Assembly: GCA_041166245.1 (NCBI GenBank)
Contig: JBEEFQ010000071.1
Coordinates: 1-53,464, forward strand
DNA length: 53,464 bases
Direction of reading: 5' to 3'
Source: Actinomycetota bacterium
GTDB taxonomy: Bacteria > Actinomycetota > Acidimicrobiia > Acidimicrobiales > JAFATL01
The position numbers were made by a program, and so were the translations under genes. The notes beneath the pieces are model-generated. The model saw only the letters and a program-made list of their open reading frames with translations. It had not been told where the DNA came from and searched no databases. Positions 15,499-24,048 of this stretch are shown here, piece by piece. Numbering within the stretch: position 1 is the stretch's first letter; the number at the start of each line of letters is the position of its first letter.

Positions 15499-17358
15499 TT
15501 GAGCTATCGGCTCGGCGTCGATTTGGGCACAACGTGGACCGCTGCGGCAGTGGCGCGCGGCGGGCGCGTCGAGATGGCGGCCCTCGGCAGCCGCGGCGCG
15601 GCGGTGCCGTCGGTCATCTTCGTGCGAGAGGACGAGACCATCCTTGTGGGCGAACCTGCCAGCCGACGGGGCCTGACCGAACCCGATCGGGTCGTGCGCG
15701 AGTTCAAGCGCCGCTTCGGCGACCCGACGCCGATCCTCGTGGGGGGCACGCCCTACGCGGCGGACGGGCTCATGGCCAAGATGCTGCGGTGGGTCGTCGA
15801 CACGGTCGCGGCACGAGAGGGAGGTCCGCCCGACGCCGTGGTGGTCACCCACCCGGCCAACTGGGGCCCCTACAAGCTCGACCTGCTGGCTCAGGCCGTT
15901 CGGCTGGCCGACGTCGGCGAGGCGGTGGTGATCTCCGAGCCCGAAGCGGCGGCCATCTCCTATGCAGGCAACGAGCGCATGCAGGTCGGTGAGACCATCG
16001 CCGTCTACGACCTCGGCGGCGGCACCTTCGACGCGGCCGTGTTGCGCAAGACGGCAGACGGCTTCGAGGTGCTGGGCCGCCCCGACGGCATCGAGCGCCT
16101 CGGCGGCATCGACTTCGACGAGGCGGTGTTCTCCCACGTAGCCCGCACCCTGGCCAGCAGCTTCGAGAGCCTCGATCCCGACGACCTGTCCGCCCGCAGC
16201 GCGGTGGCCCGGCTGCGCGATGACTGCATCGACGCCAAGGAGGCACTGTCCTCGGACACCGACGTGGTGATCCCAGTGATCCTGCCCGCGGTGCAGACCG
16301 AGGTGCGGTTGACGCGGTCGGAGTTCGAGGACCTGATCAGGCCCGCGCTGTCGCCGACGGCCGACGCGCTGTCGCGCGCCCTTGCGTCGGCTGGTGTCCT
16401 CATGGCCGACCTGCGCGCGATATTGCTCGTCGGGGGTTCCTCGCAGATCCCGCTGGTCGGCCAGCTCCTCGCCGAGCGCCTCGGCTGCCCGGTGGCCATC
16501 GACGCCCATCCCAAGCACACCGTCGCCATGGGCGCAGCCCGGGCTGGTCTCAGCGGCGCGGTCGCCGTGCCCGCCACACCGCTGCTGCCGCCTCCCCCGC
16601 CCCCCCCGCCCTCGGGACCCCCGCGTGCAGCACCTCCCGTTGCGTCGCCGTCAGCGTCGCCCCCGGCCGAGCCACCTCCGCCACCGCCGACAGCACCGCA
16701 GCCGCCACCACCGCCTCCGCCAGGCGCGTCCGCTCCACCTCCAGCCCCGACCGAACCGTCCGACACCCCCGAGCCGCCTCCCGTCGGTGCATCCACGGGG
16801 GATGATGACCGGCGGCGCAAGCGTCGGCGAGTGCTGAGGATCGTCGGCGTGGTGGTGCTCGTGTACCTGGTCCTCTCCGTCGCGGCCCGGGTGGTGGTCA
16901 GTGTGACTGACGGCAGCGGCGACGGCGGCGCCGCGTCGTCCCAGGCGTCGCTGGGGTTTGCGGCTCGGGAGTCCGACGCCGAGGTGCAACAGGCGATCGC
17001 CGCGGTTCTCGCCGCCGAGCAGGCCTACTACGAGGAGCACGGCGAGTACACGGAAGACCACGCCGAGGAAGACCCACAGAGCTCCGACGCGCCCGAGCGG
17101 CTGACGGGAGTCTCCGTCCCTGACGTGGCGACTGACTACGGCTTCTACCCCAGAGAGACCGGCGTGGTCATGTTCTGGATCGGTTACAAGAACGAGGGCA
17201 ATCAGATCGACGGCGCCTTGTACCTGGGCGTCCTGGCTGGGTCCGAGCGATGCTTCTATGCACGTGCGAACGGAGGGGAGGTCCTCACCGCCGTCAACCT
17301 CCTCTGTGACGACGCGACCGAGCTCGAATACTCCAAGGACGCGTGGGAGCTGCCGTGA
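15499..17358 (+). CDS. Hsp70-family ATPase domain protein with Pro-rich linker, single TM helix and extracytoplasmic C-terminal domain (divergent paralogue of 12918-15437)
   Basis: Shares the same Hsp70 NBD motifs, about 70% identical to the divergent neighbour by eye. TM helix VLRIVGVVVLVYLVLSVAARVVV. TTG 15499 is preceded by GGGGGAGGG; the longest-ORF start is GTG 15460. Confidence 0.8.
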   Translation: MSYRLGVDLGTTWTAAAVARGGRVEMAALGSRGAAVPSVIFVREDETILVGEPASRRGLTEPDRVVREFKRRFGDPTPILVGGTPYAADGLMAKMLRWVVDTVAAREGGPPDAVVVTHPANWGPYKLDLLAQAVRLADVGEAVVISEPEAAAISYAGNERMQVGETIAVYDLGGGTFDAAVLRKTADGFEVLGRPDGIERLGGIDFDEAVFSHVARTLASSFESLDPDDLSARSAVARLRDDCIDAKEALSSDTDVVIPVILPAVQTEVRLTRSEFEDLIRPALSPTADALSRALASAGVLMADLRAILLVGGSSQIPLVGQLLAERLGCPVAIDAHPKHTVAMGAARAGLSGAVAVPATPLLPPPPPPPPSGPPRAAPPVASPSASPPAEPPPPPPTAPQPPPPPPPGASAPPPAPTEPSDTPEPPPVGASTGDDDRRRKRRRVLRIVGVVVLVYLVLSVAARVVVSVTDGSGDGGAASSQASLGFAARESDAEVQQAIAAVLAAEQAYYEEHGEYTEDHAEEDPQSSDAPERLTGVSVPDVATDYGFYPRETGVVMFWIGYKNEGNQIDGALYLGVLAGSERCFYARANGGEVLTAVNLLCDDATELEYSKDAWELP

Positions 17359-17960
17359 GACGGCTGGCGATGGTCATGCTCTGCACCTTCGCCGCCTGCG
17401 GCGGCGGCTCGAGCGGCGACGGTGGTGGCGAGCAGTTCGGGACGCCCCCGACCGACGGGGCGCCGGCGGCGACGACGGCGTCAACGGCTCCGGCCGCGGC
17501 CGGTCGGCTCACGCCGGCGGCCGTGGAGGCATCCGCCACTGCCCCGCCGGGCACCGACGCACGGGGCGTGGTGGTCAGCTACGCGGCGACCAACCTCGTC
17601 GACGGCGATCCGTCGACGGCATGGCGGGTACCCGGCTCGGGCCAGGGTGTCGTGCTCACGCTGAAGTTCGCCAAGCCGGTCATCGTCACCCGCATCGGCA
17701 TCATCCCCGGCTACGCCAAGGTCGACCCGGCCGACGGCAGCAACCGCTTCTTCCAGAACCGCAGAGTGCACCGGGTCCGCTACGGGGCGGTGGGCATCAG
17801 CCGCGAGGCCAGCTTCGTCGACCAGCCCGAGCTACAGACGGTCGACGTGGTCTCGAAGCCGAGCACGTCGGTCACGGTGGAGATCCTCGAGTCGACGGCG
17901 CCAGGTGACCGGGACTTCACGGCGGTCTCCGAGATCGAAGTCAGCGGCTTGCCGGCGTGA
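17355..17960 (+). CDS. lipoprotein with discoidin (F5/8 type C)-like domain
   Basis: Lipobox LCTFAAC-GGG. ATNLVDGDPSTAWRV ... FTAVSEIEV resembles discoidin/NedA-type domains. GTG 17355 overlaps the upstream TGA (GTGA); the track start is 17343. Confidence 0.7.
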   Translation: MRRLAMVMLCTFAACGGGSSGDGGGEQFGTPPTDGAPAATTASTAPAAAGRLTPAAVEASATAPPGTDARGVVVSYAATNLVDGDPSTAWRVPGSGQGVVLTLKFAKPVIVTRIGIIPGYAKVDPADGSNRFFQNRRVHRVRYGAVGISREASFVDQPELQTVDVVSKPSTSVTVEILESTAPGDRDFTAVSEIEVSGLPA

Positions 17961-18610
17961 GGTCGTGGTTCGTCGCGATCGCGTGCATCCTCGGCGCGGC
18001 CGCGTGCAACGGATCGAGCGACGGCGCGACGACGGTGTCGACGACAACGGCCGTGACCGCCACGTCACCGAGCACATCCACAAGCACGACGACGCTGCCG
18101 ACGACCACGACGCCTTCGCCACCCCGCTACGCGTTTCCCATCTCGCCCGACCGCGGTGTGTCCTACGGCCGCACCCACGCCGGGTACAAGGCGACGGACG
18201 TGTTCGCTCCCTGCGGAGCCGCCTACGTGGCCGTCACCGACGGCCGCCTCGACGACGTGAACCGCGTCGACCGCTGGGACCCGAAGACCGACGACCCCGC
18301 GTTGCGAGGCGGGTTGTGGGTGAGCTTCGTGGGCACCGACGGGGTCAGGTACTACGGCAGCCACCTCTCGGCGATCACAGCGGGGCTCGAGACGGGTGGG
18401 CAGGTGACGGCGGGGCAGGAGGTCGGGCGGGTCGGCCGCACCGGGAACGCGGCGGACACGCCGTGCCACGTGCACTTCGGGCTGTCACCAGGAACGACTC
18501 CGGGCGCATGGGACGTGCGTCGCGGATTGGTGTGGCCCTGGCCGTATCTCGATTCGTGGCGGGAGGGTGGTCAGCGCTCACCCAGGGAAGAGGTTCTTAA
18601 CTCCGGTTAA
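17957..18610 (+). CDS. M23 family metallopeptidase lipoprotein
   Basis: Lipobox ILGAAAC, Thr/Ser/Pro linker, and LytM-type motifs HAGYKATD (HxxxD) and PCHVHFG (HxH). GTGA overlap with the upstream gene. Confidence 0.8.
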   Translation: MRSWFVAIACILGAAACNGSSDGATTVSTTTAVTATSPSTSTSTTTLPTTTTPSPPRYAFPISPDRGVSYGRTHAGYKATDVFAPCGAAYVAVTDGRLDDVNRVDRWDPKTDDPALRGGLWVSFVGTDGVRYYGSHLSAITAGLETGGQVTAGQEVGRVGRTGNAADTPCHVHFGLSPGTTPGAWDVRRGLVWPWPYLDSWREGGQRSPREEVLNSG

Positions 18611-18620
18611 CCTCCGACTC

Positions 18621-20015
18621 ATGGCCGGCATCACCGCGTACAACGCGTACATCCCCTTCTTCCGCCTGGAGCGCACCCGCATCGGTGAGGCCCTCGGGAG
18701 CCTGGGCGGGAAGGGCACCCGGGCGGTGGCGTCCTACGACGAAGACGCCACGTCGATGGCGGTGGAGGCGGCCCGGCCCATCGCAGGACAGGGCGGGTTC
18801 GACCAGCTCCTCTTCTCGACAGCAGCGCCGCCTTACCTCGACAAGACCAACGCCACCGCGGTGCACGCCGCCCTGGGGCTGCCCGAGGAGGTGGCGGCCT
18901 TCGACTTCGGCGGCGCGGTGCGGTCGGGCTCGGGCGCGATGCGCGCCGGTGTGCAGATGGGATCGACGCTCGTGGTCCTCTCCGACGTGCGGACGGGGTT
19001 GCCGGGCGGGGCGGACGAGCGGGACGGCGGCGACGGCGCGGTGGCGTTCCTGTTCGGCGACGAGAACGTGATCGCCGAGCGCATCGGTGGGGCGGCGGCC
19101 ACGGCCGAGTTCCTCGACCGGTGGCGGATCCCCGGAGACCCGGCCTCGCGCCAGTGGGAGGAGCGCTTCGGCGAGGTCGCCTACGTGCCCCTGGCTCAGG
19201 CCGCGCTCACGGACGCGCTGAAGAAGGCCGGGCTCACCGAGGTCGACCATCTCATCGTCACCGGGGTGCACCCGCGGGCCGCCCGCCGTCTGGGTGCGAC
19301 GGTCGACGACCTCTCGTCGGTCATCGGCAACACCGGCACCGCCCACCGCGGCATCGTGCTGGCCGACGTGCTCGACCGGGCCGAGCCCGGGCAGACCATC
19401 GCGGTGCTCACCCTTGCGGACGGCGCCGACTGCAGCATCCTGCGCACGACCGACGCCCTGGCGAGCTACCAGCGCAAGAGCACGGTGCGCGAGCAGATCG
19501 AGGCGGGGAACACCGGGCTCGACTACCCGACGTTCCTGACGTGGCGGGGCCAGCTGCACCGCGAGCCCCCGCGCCGGCCTGATCCCACCGCGCCGTCGGC
19601 GCCGCCGTCGTTCCGGCGCGAGCACTGGAAGTTCGGGTTCACAGGGTCGCGGTGCGAGAACTGCGGCACCCGTCATCTGCCGCCCGCGCGTGTGTGCGTG
19701 AAATGCCAGGCCACCGACCAGATGGCGCCCGAGCGCCTGGCCGACGTCCCCGGAACCATCGCCACCTTCACCATCGACAGGCTGGCGTTCTCGCTCAGCC
19801 CGCCCACCGTGGTGGCCGTCGTCGACTTCGACGGAGGCGGCCGGTTCCAGTGCGAGCTCACCGACGTCGATCCCGCCACGGTGAAGATCGGCAACCGGGT
19901 CGAGATGACGTTCCGCAAGATCTTCACCTCGGCGGGCGTGCACAATTACTTCTGGAAAGCACGCCCGCAAGGGCGGGCCAATGTGACAGAAAAGCCGAAC
20001 CAGGAGAACGTCTAA
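18621..20015 (+). CDS. HMG-CoA synthase-like (thiolase-fold) domain fused to a DUF35 OB-fold/zinc-ribbon domain
   Basis: The N-terminus MAGITAYNAYIPFFRL...ASYDEDATSMAVEAA is HMGCS-like. The C-terminus has the rubredoxin-like CENCG...CVKC plus an OB fold, typical of DUF35. Confidence 0.75.
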   Translation: MAGITAYNAYIPFFRLERTRIGEALGSLGGKGTRAVASYDEDATSMAVEAARPIAGQGGFDQLLFSTAAPPYLDKTNATAVHAALGLPEEVAAFDFGGAVRSGSGAMRAGVQMGSTLVVLSDVRTGLPGGADERDGGDGAVAFLFGDENVIAERIGGAAATAEFLDRWRIPGDPASRQWEERFGEVAYVPLAQAALTDALKKAGLTEVDHLIVTGVHPRAARRLGATVDDLSSVIGNTGTAHRGIVLADVLDRAEPGQTIAVLTLADGADCSILRTTDALASYQRKSTVREQIEAGNTGLDYPTFLTWRGQLHREPPRRPDPTAPSAPPSFRREHWKFGFTGSRCENCGTRHLPPARVCVKCQATDQMAPERLADVPGTIATFTIDRLAFSLSPPTVVAVVDFDGGGRFQCELTDVDPATVKIGNRVEMTFRKIFTSAGVHNYFWKARPQGRANVTEKPNQENV

Positions 20016-21220
20016 TGGCTTCGCATGGGATCCGTGACCGGGTGGCGATCGTCGGCATGGGGTGCACGCCCTTCGGCGAGCACTGGGACAAGAGTGTCGA
20101 CGATCTCCTCATCGACGCCGCGGGCGAGGCCACGGCCTCGGCCGGCGTGAAGATCGACGACATCGACGCCTTCTGGCTCGGCACCATGGCCTCGGGCGTG
20201 AGCGGGCTCACCCTGTCCCGCCCCCTCAAGATCGACTACAAGCCGGTGAGCCGGCTCGAGAACATGTGCGCGACGGGCTCCGAGTCGTTCCGCAACGCCT
20301 GTTACGCCGTCGCTTCCGGCGCCATCGACATGGCCATGGCCATTGGCGTGGAGAAGCTCAAGGACTCGGGCTTCTCCGGACTCACGATGGGCCCGCCGCC
20401 CAACGACGGCACGTCGGCGACGATGACGGCGCCCGCCATGTTCTCGCTGCTCGCTCCCGCGTACTCCCACAAGTACGGCGTGGACGAGAACGAGATGAAG
20501 GACGTGCTCACGCGCATCGCGTGGAAGAACCACTACAACGGGGCGCGCAACCCCCGGGCCCAGTTCCGCAAGGAGGTGGCCAAGGAGGTCATCTGCAACA
20601 GCCCGCTGATCGCGGGCCAGCTCGGAATCTTCGACTGCTCGGGCGTGTCGGACGGCTCGGCCGCCGCCATCCTCGTCCGGGCCGAGGACGCGCATCGCTA
20701 CTGCGAGAACCCGCTGTACGTGAAGGCCGTTTCCTTCGTCGCCGGTCCCGCGGCCGGGCCCATCTCGCCCGACTACGACTACACGACCTTCACCGAGGTC
20801 ACCCGCTCGGCCGAGGACGCCTACAAGCAGGCCGGCATCGACGACCCGCGCGCCGAGCTGGCCATGGCCGAGGTGCACGACTGCTTCACGCCCACCGAGC
20901 TCGTCCTCATGGAGGACCTCGGCTTCGCCGACCGGGGCACGGCGTGGAAAGAGGTGCTGGCCGGCACCTTCGACCTCGACGGTGAGCTGGCCGTCAATCC
21001 CGACGGCGGCCTCAAGTCCTTCGGGCACCCCATCGGCGCCAGCGGCCTCCGCATGCTGTTCGAGTGCTGGCTCCAGCTCCGCCAGGAGGCCCCGGCCGAC
21101 CGTCAGATCAAGTCGGTCACTGAGGGCGGGCGCAAGCTCGGCCTCACCCACAACCTGGGCGGCGCCCCCGGCGAGTGCGTCTCCTTCGTCAGCGTCGTCG
21201 GCAGCGAACCCAGCGCCTGA
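20015..21220 (+). CDS. thiolase (SCP-x / lipid-transfer-protein type acetyl-CoA acyltransferase)
   Basis: VAIVGMGCTPFG, nucleophile context LENMCATGSESF, GHPIGASG and NLGGAPGECV. AGGAGA SD and a TAATG stop/start overlap. Confidence 0.85.
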   Translation: MASHGIRDRVAIVGMGCTPFGEHWDKSVDDLLIDAAGEATASAGVKIDDIDAFWLGTMASGVSGLTLSRPLKIDYKPVSRLENMCATGSESFRNACYAVASGAIDMAMAIGVEKLKDSGFSGLTMGPPPNDGTSATMTAPAMFSLLAPAYSHKYGVDENEMKDVLTRIAWKNHYNGARNPRAQFRKEVAKEVICNSPLIAGQLGIFDCSGVSDGSAAAILVRAEDAHRYCENPLYVKAVSFVAGPAAGPISPDYDYTTFTEVTRSAEDAYKQAGIDDPRAELAMAEVHDCFTPTELVLMEDLGFADRGTAWKEVLAGTFDLDGELAVNPDGGLKSFGHPIGASGLRMLFECWLQLRQEAPADRQIKSVTEGGRKLGLTHNLGGAPGECVSFVSVVGSEPSA

Positions 21221-21235
21221 CCCGCCTACCCCCAC

Positions 21236-21287
21236 GCGAACTCGCCCGCTTTGTCGACACCACTGACGATAAAGCGGGCGAGTTCGC
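21236..21287. terminator. bidirectional stem-loop between convergent genes
   Basis: Perfect 17-bp arms GCGAACTCGCCCGCTTT / AAAGCGGGCGAGTTCGC with an 18-nt loop. Lies exactly between the thiolase stop (21220) and the IMPase-family stop (21288). Confidence 0.65.
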
Positions 21288-22043
21288 TCAGGCTTGGGAC
21301 AGAACGGACAGGGTCTCGGCGTGCAGCAGGCCGTTGGTCGCCACGCAGTGGCCGCCGGTAATCCGGGGGGCGCCGGCCATGTCGGTGAAGGTGCCGCCTG
21401 CTTCTTCGATGATGACGCCGAGGGGGGCGAGGTCCCACACGTAGCCGGGCTCGATGGCGATGTCGCACGCGCCCTCGGCCACGAGCACGACCGACCAGAA
21501 GTCGCCGAAGCCGCGTGTGCGCCAGCAGCGGCGTGACAGGGCTTCGTAGCCGGGGTTGAACATCACCTCGTCCCAGCCGCAGGAGAGCTGGGCGTCCTCC
21601 AGCTTGCTCACCTTGGAGACGTGGATCGGCTCGCCGCCGGTGACGAACGCACCCTGCCCACGAGCGGCCCACCAGCGCCGGCCCAGGGCAGGCGCGGAGA
21701 CCACGCCGACCTCGACGGTGCCGTCGCGCTCCACGGCGATGAGGGTTGCCCACACCGGGATGGACCGGACGTAGTTGTGGGTGCCGTCGATCGGGTCGAT
21801 GACCCAACGGGCCCCGCTGGTGCCCTCGATGGTGCCGTGCTCCTCGCCGAGGATGCCGTCGTCGGGGCGCACGTTCGTGAGGTGGTCGCGCAGGATCTGC
21901 TCGGCGTGGCGATCGGCCTCGCTCACGAACGTCATGTCCGGCTTGCTGTCGACGATCAGGTCGCGGCGGCGGAAGCTCTCCACCGTCACCACGTCGGCCA
22001 TGTCGGCCAGCTGCAGCGCGAGCTCGAGGTCGCCGAGGTTCAA
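21288..22043 (-). CDS. inositol monophosphatase family protein (possibly histidinol-phosphatase HisN type)
   Basis: IMPase motifs FVSEADRHAE, WVIDPIDGTHNY and WDLAPLGVIIEEAGG. TTG start at 22043 overlaps the dxs TGA stop. The 584-aa track ORF is an upstream artefact. Confidence 0.8.
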   Translation of the reverse strand: MNLGDLELALQLADMADVVTVESFRRRDLIVDSKPDMTFVSEADRHAEQILRDHLTNVRPDDGILGEEHGTIEGTSGARWVIDPIDGTHNYVRSIPVWATLIAVERDGTVEVGVVSAPALGRRWWAARGQGAFVTGGEPIHVSKVSKLEDAQLSCGWDEVMFNPGYEALSRRCWRTRGFGDFWSVVLVAEGACDIAIEPGYVWDLAPLGVIIEEAGGTFTDMAGAPRITGGHCVATNGLLHAETLSVLSQA

Positions 22044-23920
22044 GCGAGCGGGGCGCGCGAGCCGGACAGCGCGTCGAGCACCGTGCCGGCGATGCCGCCG
22101 CCGTCCAGCCCGAGGGCGGCGTGGATCTGGCCCGCTTCGCCGTGGGGGATGTACTCGACGGGCGTGCCCAGCACGACGACCGCCGGTGGCGTCCCGGGGA
22201 CGAGGCGACCCAGGGCGTCGGCGATGGCCGTGCCCGCCCCGCCGACCCGGATCCCGTCCTCGACGGTGACGACGAGCGCATGGCGGGCCGCGTCCTCGAG
22301 CATGGCGACGTCGAGGGGCTTGACCACCCGCACGTCCCACACCGTCGCGTGCACGCCCTCGGCGTCGAGCTTCTCGGCTGCCTCGAGCGCGGCCTCGACC
22401 ATCTTGCCGACGGCGAGGAGGCAGACGCCGTCGCCGTCGCGCAGCTTGCGGGCCGACAGACCCGAACCCACGTCGGTCGGGTCGACCTGCCGCGCTGCGC
22501 CGCGCGCATACCGGACGACGGCCGGGCCGTCGAGCTCGAGCGCGTCGTGCAGCATGACCTTGAGCTCCTGGGCCGACGACGGCGCGAGCACCGTCATGCC
22601 GGGGATGGCGAGCGACAGCGCCATGTCGAGCACGCCGTGATGGGAGGCGCCGTCGGGGCCAGTGATGCCCGCCCGGTCGAGGGCAAACACGACGGGCAGG
22701 CCGTGGAGCCCCACGTCGAGGTTGGCCTGGTCGAAGGCACGGCTGAAGAAGGTGGAGTAGACGGCGACGACGGGCCGCAGCCCGCCCATGGCCATGCCGG
22801 CGGCGGCGGTGACCGCGTGCTGCTCGGCGATGCCGACGTCGAAGAACCGGTCGGGAAAGCGCTCCTGGAACGGGATCAGGCCGGTGGGGCCGGGCATGGC
22901 CGCAGTGAGGGCGACGATCTGCGGATGGCGTTCGCCGAGCTCGAGCATCGCCGAAGAGAAGGCCTCCGTGTAGCCCTTGGGCGCGGCCCATCCGACGGGC
23001 GGCCCGGTGAGCGGGTCGAACACCGGCGCGTCGTGCAGGCACTTCTCGTCGTCGTCCTCGGCCGGCGGGTAGCCCCGCCCCTTCTGGGTGAGCAGGTGCA
23101 CCACGATGGGACCGTCGTGCTCGGCGGCATTGCGCAGCGCCGATTCGACACCGGCGATGTCATGGCCGTCGATGGGCCCGCTGTAGCGCACGCCGAGGCC
23201 CTCGAAGAAGGCGATGGGCTCGAGCACCTCGCGGAAGGCGGCCCTGATGCCCTTGATGCTCGATACCGCGATGGGGCCGAGCCCGGGAAGGTCCTTCAGC
23301 GCCGACTCGATCCGCCCCCGCACCGCCATGTACGACGGGTTGAGGCGCAGCCGGGCCACGCCCTCGGTGAGACGGGAGATGGTGGGCGCGTAGGAGCGGC
23401 CGTTGTCGTTGAGGATGATGACGGCGGGCCTGCCGCTGTGACCGAGGTTGTTGAGCGCCTCGAACGCCATGCCGCCCGTCATCGACCCGTCCCCGATGAC
23501 GGCAACGACCTTGCGGTCGGCGCCGCTGCTGTGGACGGCGGTGGCCAGGCCGTGGGCGTAGGAGAGGATCGTGGACGCGTGGCTGTTCTCCACCCAGTCG
23601 TGCTCGGACTCGCGCCGGCTCGGGTACCCCGACAGCCCGCCCGCCTGGCGCAGGGTGCCGAAGGCGTCGCGTCGCCCGGTGACGATCTTGTGCACGTAGG
23701 CCTGGTGGCCGGTGTCCCACAGCACGATGTCGCGCGGGGAGTCGAACACGCGGTGCACGGCGAGCGTCAGCTCGACCGCGCCCAGGTTCGAGCCAAGGTG
23801 ACCGCCCGTGACGGCGACAGCCCGCACGATGAAGTCACGGATCTCCGCGGCCAGCTCGTCGAGCTGCTCGTAGCTGAGCGAACGGAGGTCCGCGGGACTG
23901 GTGATCCGCTCCAGGAGCAT
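22040..23920 (-). CDS. dxs: 1-deoxy-D-xylulose-5-phosphate synthase
   Basis: MLLERITSPADLRSL N-terminus, GGHLGSNLG, TPP motif IGDGSMTGGMAFEALNN, transketolase-like pyrimidine and C-terminal domains. Confidence 0.95.
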   Translation of the reverse strand: MLLERITSPADLRSLSYEQLDELAAEIRDFIVRAVAVTGGHLGSNLGAVELTLAVHRVFDSPRDIVLWDTGHQAYVHKIVTGRRDAFGTLRQAGGLSGYPSRRESEHDWVENSHASTILSYAHGLATAVHSSGADRKVVAVIGDGSMTGGMAFEALNNLGHSGRPAVIILNDNGRSYAPTISRLTEGVARLRLNPSYMAVRGRIESALKDLPGLGPIAVSSIKGIRAAFREVLEPIAFFEGLGVRYSGPIDGHDIAGVESALRNAAEHDGPIVVHLLTQKGRGYPPAEDDDEKCLHDAPVFDPLTGPPVGWAAPKGYTEAFSSAMLELGERHPQIVALTAAMPGPTGLIPFQERFPDRFFDVGIAEQHAVTAAAGMAMGGLRPVVAVYSTFFSRAFDQANLDVGLHGLPVVFALDRAGITGPDGASHHGVLDMALSLAIPGMTVLAPSSAQELKVMLHDALELDGPAVVRYARGAARQVDPTDVGSGLSARKLRDGDGVCLLAVGKMVEAALEAAEKLDAEGVHATVWDVRVVKPLDVAMLEDAARHALVVTVEDGIRVGGAGTAIADALGRLVPGTPPAVVVLGTPVEYIPHGEAGQIHAALGLDGGGIAGTVLDALSGSRAPLA

Positions 23921-24048
23921 TGGAGCCACGCTACCGCCACCCACGGCGGGGTATGCAGTCGACCACACTGCCTGCTCCGCCCGGCGTGGCCAATGCCACA
24001 GCCGAGGCCGGGGTAGGGGTCGAGGGCGCCCGGGTACGGTGGGCTGAC

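Noticed and set aside
22044-23042. Upstream two-thirds of the 584-aa minus-strand ORF 21288-23042.
   Set aside because: This part overlaps dxs in another frame and is Arg/Pro/Gly-rich. Only the last about 252 codons show IMPase motifs, and a TTG coupled to the dxs stop gives a normal-length protein.
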